Translations under genes and position numbers: made by a program
The notes under the pieces: generated by a model
Told to the model about the DNA's origin: nothing
The model's database searches: none
What the model saw: only the letters and a program-made list of their open reading frames with translations
Shown here: piece after piece, positions 58,555 to 64,000 of the stretch
Layout: each line of letters starts with the position of its first letter
Position numbering within the stretch: the first letter of the stretch is position 1
Assembly (NCBI GenBank): GCA_045105115.1
Contig: JBGCDE010000054.1
Location: forward strand, 13,313-77,312
Reading direction: 5' to 3'
Source of the DNA: Pseudomonadales bacterium
GTDB taxonomy: Bacteria; Pseudomonadota; Gammaproteobacteria; Pseudomonadales; JAUIET01
DNA: 64,000 nucleotides

Positions 58555-58824
58555 CTAGGCTTGGCTCATTGCTTTGATGTGAGCCGTTAATCGACTCTTA
58601 TGACGCGCGGCTTTGTTCTTGTGGATTACGCGCTTATCTGCCAGGCGATCAATAACTGGTTGTGCTTCCAGAAACTCAGCCTTGGCTTTTTCCTGGTCAC
58701 CAGCCGCGATTGCAGCAAGTACTTTCTTGATGGCTGTGCGAATCGCTGAACGTTGCCCAATACGCAGTGCGCGGCGGTTAACGGTCTGGCGTGCTCTTTT
58801 ACGTGCCTGGGGCGAATTAGCCAA
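58555..58824 (-). CDS. rpsT: 30S ribosomal protein S20
   Basis: 89 aa. [18 protein letters not shown]. Confidence 0.95.
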   Translation of the reverse strand: MANSPQARKRARQTVNRRALRIGQRSAIRTAIKKVLAAIAAGDQEKAKAEFLEAQPVIDRLADKRVIHKNKAARHKSRLTAHIKAMSQA

Positions 58825-58972
58825 TGGGTCTATCCTCTGTCACATTGTGCGGCGCTATTCTCAAACCATAAGAGTAGCCCCACCCGAAAATGGACGCGGA
58901 TTATTCCGATTTACGAGCAAATTGTCAAGTAGGTGAGGTATTCAATACCCGGATTGGCCCACTAAACCGCAT

Positions 58973-59632
58973 TTATCGGCTTAGATTGAACCAGCGCCGC
59001 AAATAATAAAAGCTTACCGCAAGCACCGTGACACCGGCTATGGCAATCAGGCTCATTTCCAAATGGCTAAAAGGCAGATCAAGGGCCGCGCCAAGCGCAT
59101 AGCCTGGCAAAATGTAGACCGGTGCCCAGGCGATTGCAGACACTATATTGATCGTGAAAAAACGAGCCCTTGGCATCGACAATGTACCTGCGATCAATGG
59201 CGTAAGAGGCCGAATAGGGCCGATAAATCGACCAGCCACAATACTTTTGGCGCCATGCGCGTGAATAAACTGCTCGCCGCGGTCCATCCATTGTGTGTTG
59301 TCGCGCAGAACCGGCCAGCTCCTGACATCATTCTTGTATTTCCAACCCAACAGAAAACTCAAACCATCGCCCAATACTGCACCCAGAAAGGCCATCGCCA
59401 ATGTCATGGGCAGCGTCAGTAATCCGGTGCCTGCCAGAAATGCCGCGACGTACAGCAAGAACACGCCAGGTACTAAAATCCCAATGATCGCGAACGACTC
59501 AACGAAGGCAATTAACAAGACAGTTACCGCAATCCAGTCGGGATTTGCGAGAAGCCACGTATAAAACGGGCTATTAACAAGGTCATCTACGTGCAAATGT
59601 GGTCTCGGGTATAGGGAGTCTTTGAACGGCAC
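58973..59632 (-). CDS. DedA-family inner-membrane protein
   Basis: 219 aa. DedA motifs [12 protein letters not shown] and [18 protein letters not shown]. Confidence 0.8.
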   Translation of the reverse strand: MPFKDSLYPRPHLHVDDLVNSPFYTWLLANPDWIAVTVLLIAFVESFAIIGILVPGVFLLYVAAFLAGTGLLTLPMTLAMAFLGAVLGDGLSFLLGWKYKNDVRSWPVLRDNTQWMDRGEQFIHAHGAKSIVAGRFIGPIRPLTPLIAGTLSMPRARFFTINIVSAIAWAPVYILPGYALGAALDLPFSHLEMSLIAIAGVTVLAVSFYYLRRWFNLSR

Positions 59633-59733
59633 TATATAATGCCGGCATGAACAATTTGAGCAATGCCAATAATATCACCCCTGAGCCTGCTAGTTCTGCC
59701 AGTAAAACAACAGCGCCAGGGCTTGAAGCTGAC

Positions 59734-60972
59734 ATGCAGCAGCTTGGGGAGCGCGCGCGTGTAGCAGCGGGTATATTGGCATGCGCCAGCACCGCACAGA
59801 AAAACGCTGCCTTGCGCGCAATGGCGGTTGCTATTGATACCCAAAGAGAGGCTCTTGGCAGTGCAAATCAGCAAGATTTAGCCGCGGCCAAAGAGCGAGG
59901 GTTGGAACCTGCATTAATTGACCGCCTGGCACTAACGCCTGCGCGCATTGACGGCATGATGGAAGGGCTGGAGCAAGTCGCCACCCTGGCAGATCCTGTA
60001 GGTGCGATTTCTGAGATGTGTTCGCAGCCTAGCGGGATCCAAGTGGGTCGAATGCGAGTGCCGCTGGGCGTAATTGGCATGATTTACGAATCAAGGCCAA
60101 ATGTCACAGTTGAAGCGGCCAGTCTTTGCCTGAAATCAGGAAATGCGGCGGTATTACGTGGTGGGTCGGAAGCAAAACATTCTAACCAGGCGATAGCCGC
60201 CTGTGTAGCACAAGGTCTGCGTGATGCAGACTTGTCAGAACATTGTGTGCAGCTGCTGCCAACGGTTGATCGCGCGGCAGTCGGCATAATGCTGGCAATG
60301 AGCGATTCAATTGATGTGATAGTGCCTCGTGGTGGCAAGGGCCTGATTGAGCGTGTCAGTGCTGAGTCTACTATTCCGGTCATAAAACACCTGGATGGCG
60401 TATGTCACGTCTACATTGACGAATTCGCTGATGTTGAGAAGGCAGTAAGAATTGCCATCAATTCTAAAACTCAACGTTACGGCACCTGCAATACTATGGA
60501 AACGTTGCTGATCCATGAGCAAATAGTGGGCGAGGTATTAAGTAAAATAGCGTCACAGCTAGCTGATCATGGCGTTGAGGTTCGTGCCTGCCACCGTATA
60601 AAACAAATGTTGCCTGATGCAGTTGCCGCCACCGAGCAAGACTGGTTTGAGGAGTATTTGGCGCCTGTATTGGCTGTAAAAATGGTGGCTTCAAGTGATG
60701 AAGCGATAAGCCATATTAATCAGTATGGATCGCAGCATACCGACAGCATAGTGACTGAGAACCACAGCCTCGCGCAGCACTTTTTGCGTGCTGTAGATTC
60801 AAGCTCAGTAATGATTAATGCCTCTACCCGGTTTGCCGATGGCTTCGAGTATGGCCTTGGCGCAGAGATCGGCATTTCCACTGATAAATTGCACGCCCGC
60901 GGCCCGGTCGGTCTTGAAGGGCTAACGTCGCAAAAATACGTTGTGTTGGGCGACGGACATATCCGCCAGTGA
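59734..60972 (+). CDS. proA: Gamma-glutamyl phosphate reductase
   Basis: Start placed at ATG 59734 ([13 protein letters not shown]...), which aligns with the ProA N-terminus of enterics. The tracked ORF start at 59647 would leave only 14 nt to the divergent gene. Catalytic Cys context [11 protein letters not shown]. Confidence 0.9.
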   Translation: MQQLGERARVAAGILACASTAQKNAALRAMAVAIDTQREALGSANQQDLAAAKERGLEPALIDRLALTPARIDGMMEGLEQVATLADPVGAISEMCSQPSGIQVGRMRVPLGVIGMIYESRPNVTVEAASLCLKSGNAAVLRGGSEAKHSNQAIAACVAQGLRDADLSEHCVQLLPTVDRAAVGIMLAMSDSIDVIVPRGGKGLIERVSAESTIPVIKHLDGVCHVYIDEFADVEKAVRIAINSKTQRYGTCNTMETLLIHEQIVGEVLSKIASQLADHGVEVRACHRIKQMLPDAVAATEQDWFEEYLAPVLAVKMVASSDEAISHINQYGSQHTDSIVTENHSLAQHFLRAVDSSSVMINASTRFADGFEYGLGAEIGISTDKLHARGPVGLEGLTSQKYVVLGDGHIRQ

Positions 60973-61664
60973 GCAAGGCAAAAACCACAAACTATACGCA
61001 GACCAACAGTAAACAACAGTTAGAGCACAAAGCAGCTGGTGTTTTTGGAGGCTCTTTCGACCCAGTGCATTTTGGCCACCTGCGAGCAGCACTTGAGTTG
61101 GCGCTCACTTTTGGCTTGGAATCGGTTCGTTTGGTGCCCAATCATCAACCACCGCATCGAGACAGCGCTAATGTGAGTGCAGGGCATCGCATCGAAATGC
61201 TGAAGTTGGCCTTGCAGCAATGCGACCAGTTGCAGCTTGATACTCGAGAAATGGACAGAGACGGCCCCTCTTACACATTTGATACCTTGCGATCGATGCG
61301 TGAAGAGTTTGGTAACAACACACCGATCATATTTGGCATGGGCGCTGATGCTTTTGAAAAAATCGCCAGCTGGTACCGTGCTGACGAATTATTGGACGTG
61401 GCGAGTATTGCGGTGCTGAGCCGGCCTGGCAGTGATGTTAATGCGATTACGGGGCAAGAGTTACCATTTTCTGCCCATTGGGTTTCCGATGCTGATGCTT
61501 TGCTTGGAGCGCCATGCGGATTACTTTATAAACTGGAAATGACGCCGCTGGCGATTTCTTCAACCCGCATAAGAGAACAGATAGCCAGAGGTTGGGCGTC
61601 GGACTTTCTGTTACCCGAAACTGTATGCAGTTACATCGAACGTCATGAGCTCTACCGAGCCTGA
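60969..61664 (+). CDS. nadD: Nicotinate-nucleotide adenylyltransferase
   Basis: 231 aa. The GTG start overlaps the proA stop. HxGH motif [19 protein letters not shown] motif. Confidence 0.9.
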   Translation: MSKAKTTNYTQTNSKQQLEHKAAGVFGGSFDPVHFGHLRAALELALTFGLESVRLVPNHQPPHRDSANVSAGHRIEMLKLALQQCDQLQLDTREMDRDGPSYTFDTLRSMREEFGNNTPIIFGMGADAFEKIASWYRADELLDVASIAVLSRPGSDVNAITGQELPFSAHWVSDADALLGAPCGLLYKLEMTPLAISSTRIREQIARGWASDFLLPETVCSYIERHELYRA

Positions 61665-61703
61665 GAGCATTGGCATGACTAGATTGAGTAAAGAAGTAAA
61701 ACT

Positions 61704-62051
61704 ATGACATCAAAAGAACTTTTGTCGCTGATTGAATCCGCCTTGGATGACATGAAAGCGCACGATGTAGTCGCGCTGGACGTCAGTTCACTGACCGATC
61801 TTACTGACTACATGGTAATCGCCAGTGGAACGTCTAATCGACACGTGAATGCGCTGGCTGAGAATGTAGAACTGGAAGCCAAGAAGGTAGGCCTTCGAGC
61901 AATTGGTGTTGAAGGCAAAGACGGTTCTGAGTGGGTGTTGGTAGATTTTGCCGATGTAGTGGTACACATCATGCAGCCTTCAATCCGAAGCTTCTACGAC
62001 CTCGAAAGCCTCTGGTCTGACATGGGCGAAGTCTCTCAACCACAGGAATGA
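61704..62051 (+). CDS. rsfS: Ribosomal silencing factor RsfS
   Basis: 115 aa. Motifs DYMVIASGTSNRHV and WVLVDFADVVVHIM. Conserved nadD-rsfS-rlmH order. Confidence 0.9.
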   Translation: MTSKELLSLIESALDDMKAHDVVALDVSSLTDLTDYMVIASGTSNRHVNALAENVELEAKKVGLRAIGVEGKDGSEWVLVDFADVVVHIMQPSIRSFYDLESLWSDMGEVSQPQE

Positions 62052-62515
62052 AGCTGCGCATACTTGCTGTTGGCACACGCATGCCTGCTTGGGTTGAAGC
62101 GGGCTGCGCAGAATACAGCAAGCGCCTGCCGCCTGCCCACACGCCCGAATTGCAAGAGCTGGCAGTGTCAAAGCGCAGCACCGGAAAATCTCTAGCTCAA
62201 GTGATTGCTGATGAAGACCAGCGAATGCTCGCGGCCATTAAGCCACGTGAAGTTGTGGTTGCGCTTGATCAACGTGGTAAAAGCTGGACGACTGAGCAAT
62301 TAGCCAAAAACTGGAGTGACTGGCAGCAGCAGGGCGATGATGTGTGCTTACTAGTTGGTGGTCCGGATGGTTTAGGTCCTGATTGCCTGAAAAAAGCCAG
62401 TCAGAGATGGTCGCTGTCTGCGCTTACGCTCCCACACCCTCTCGTCAGGGTGTTGCTTTTTGAACAGTTTTATCGTGCCTGGAGTATTCAGCAGGGGCAT
62501 CCTTATCATAAGTAG
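62048..62515 (+). CDS. rlmH: 23S rRNA (pseudouridine1915-N3)-methyltransferase
   Basis: 155 aa. SPOUT motifs LLVGGPDGL and LPHPLVRVLLFEQFYRAWSI. Confidence 0.92.
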   Translation: MKLRILAVGTRMPAWVEAGCAEYSKRLPPAHTPELQELAVSKRSTGKSLAQVIADEDQRMLAAIKPREVVVALDQRGKSWTTEQLAKNWSDWQQQGDDVCLLVGGPDGLGPDCLKKASQRWSLSALTLPHPLVRVLLFEQFYRAWSIQQGHPYHK

Positions 62516-62587
62516 AGTTAATCAGAAATCAGGTAATTCAGACAGTTTGAGTGGATAAACTTTAGCTTGTTCGTGGCACTTAGGTGG

Positions 62588-62712
62588 TGAAGCGAGTATC
62601 GCCTAGCAGGACTGTGTGAGAGAGGGATCTCGAACACACCAACAGTAGGTCCTTTTAGGGAAGCCCCCATGGATGGGTTCACGGCGTGTCCTGCTAGGCG
62701 ATACTCGCTTCA
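62588..62712. repeat. Long perfect inverted repeat (25-bp arms, 75-nt interior) in the rlmH-mrdA gap
   Basis: TGAAGCGAGTATCGCCTAGCAGGAC at 62588-62612 is exactly complementary to 62688-62712. Confidence 0.85.
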
Positions 62713-62834
62713 TCGCCGGTCTTCACGATCAAGTTAGTTCCATTCAATCCATAACCCAAACCTGTAAATACTTGCCTGTCTTAATTGTTCCCTAGATAGC
62801 ACAATATCGGGTGCAATTCATTGGCGACTAACCC

Positions 62835-64000
62835 GTGTCAGATTCTCTTACTCTCAGAGACAATTACAGTGAGCAGCGCTTATACGTTGGCAGATTGACG
62901 CTGGCCGTATTAGTGGTGCTCGCAAGCCTGATGCTGATTTCCTGGCGCTACTTCTCTCTGCAAGTCATAGAACATAACCGCTATACCACTGAGTCAGAGC
63001 GAAACAGAGTACACGTGCAGGCCATGGCGCCAAAACGTGGCCTGATCAAAGATCGTAATGGTGTGCTTCTCGCCGAGAATCGACCCAGCCGAACACTCGG
63101 TTTGGTCAAAGAGCGTATTCGCGACCTCGAAGGCGTGCTCGCAGCTTTGGCTGAGATCATAGACGTTGAAGACCGTGACTTGCAGCGCTTTAGAGATCAA
63201 TTGCGATTTGCCAGACCCTTCGAAGCAGTGCCACTAAAGTTTAACCTCAGCGAAGAAGAAATCGCCATTTTGGCCGTCAATCAACATACGCTGGTAGGTG
63301 TCGAGATTACGGCTGAACTTGCCCGTTATTATCCCGAGGGCGAGCTGTATGCTCACGTAGTTGGCTATACAGGGCGAATCAACGAGAAAGAACAAGATCA
63401 AATTGACAAGGAGCGCTACGACGGCACACACCATATTGGAAAGGTGGGGCTTGAAAAACAGTATGAAGAAGTGTTGCTTGGCGACGTTGGATATCGCAAC
63501 GTAGAGGTAAACGCGTTTGGGCGAATCATTCGAGAAATTGAAAGCAGCGACCCACAGCCCGGAACAGACCTGGAGCTCTATCTTGATAGCAATGTGCACA
63601 AAGTCGCCCATGATGCACTGGGGGCAAATAGAGGTGCGATTGTAGCCATTGAAGTCGAGAGCGGCGGCATTATTGCTATGGCAAGCACACCCAGCTTTGA
63701 CGCCAACCAGTTCGTAACAGGGGTTAGCACGAAGCAGTATTCACAGTGGCGCGACTCGCCTGATTTGCCTCTTTACAACCGCGCAATTCAGGGCCAGTAC
63801 CCCCCAGGTTCAACGCTTAAACCGGTGTTCGCATTGGCAGGCTTACACAATGATGTTGTTGACGCGAACTTTGTTGTTCGAGATCGTGGTTGGTTTCGCC
63901 TGCCCAACGACAGCAGGCAATATCGTGACTGGAAAAGAGAGGGCCATGGCACTTGGGTGGGTTTGCATCAGGCCATTGTAGAATCCTGTGATATTTACTT
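62835..64000 (+). CDS. mrdA: Penicillin-binding protein 2, 5' part (runs off the window end)
   Basis: Not in the ORF track because there is no stop in the window. I translated it codon by codon from GTG 62835: MSDSLTLRDNYSEQRLYVGRLTLAVLVVLASLMLISWRYFSLQVIEHNRY...APKRGLIKDRNGVLLAENRP. In-frame SxxK motif PPGSTLKP at 63801-63824. Confidence 0.93.
   Translation, partial: MSDSLTLRDNYSEQRLYVGRLTLAVLVVLASLMLISWRYFSLQVIEHNRYTTESERNRVHVQAMAPKRGLIKDRNGVLLAENRPSRTLGLVKERIRDLEGVLAALAEIIDVEDRDLQRFRDQLRFARPFEAVPLKFNLSEEEIAILAVNQHTLVGVEITAELARYYPEGELYAHVVGYTGRINEKEQDQIDKERYDGTHHIGKVGLEKQYEEVLLGDVGYRNVEVNAFGRIIREIESSDPQPGTDLELYLDSNVHKVAHDALGANRGAIVAIEVESGGIIAMASTPSFDANQFVTGVSTKQYSQWRDSPDLPLYNRAIQGQYPPGSTLKPVFALAGLHNDVVDANFVVRDRGWFRLPNDSRQYRDWKREGHGTWVGLHQAIVESCDIY

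Overview
Chromosomal segment of a gammaproteobacterium. The species cannot be named from the sequence alone. Two housekeeping blocks with classic gamma synteny flank an accessory region. The left block is rpsD-rpoA-rplQ, uvrA/ssb, moaB-moeA and fabB-fabA. The right block is ispB/rplU-rpmA-obg-proB, rpsT, dedA-like, and proA-nadD-rsfS-rlmH-mrdA. The accessory region has three parts. (i) A nucleotide-sugar precursor cluster at 10.6-16.6 kb: manC-type, galU, manB, a UDP-uronate epimerase and a TviB-like dehydrogenase. (ii) An exopolysaccharide island of about 33 kb (16.9-49.5 kb) of the PEP-CTERM/exosortase-associated type. It carries an EpsB-like priming transferase, a short OPX lipoprotein, a chain-length determinant, a BY-kinase-like ATPase, a beta-barrel protein, two AsnB-type amidotransferases, four GT4 and one membrane GT2 glycosyltransferase, a Wzy-like polymerase, a Wzx flippase, two NodB-type deacetylases, two atypical alpha/beta-fold proteins, an NRPS-like A-T protein, and PrsK/PrsR regulators. 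(iii) Two tandem large paralogs of unknown function (DUF1631-like). I saw no exosortase, EpsI or PEP-CTERM-tailed substrate, and no rRNA, tRNA, CRISPR, transposase or integrase. The most unusual items are these. The stand-alone adenylation-carrier protein in the EPS island has a hand-extracted specificity code that reads as glycine. Two alpha/beta-fold proteins have non-serine nucleophile elbows. The BY-kinase homolog has no P-loop lysine. An array of three long-hairpin elements in the rplQ-uvrA gap has a conserved core but copy-specific self-complementary stems. All family assignments rest on motifs read by eye and on recalled family descriptions. No searches were run.
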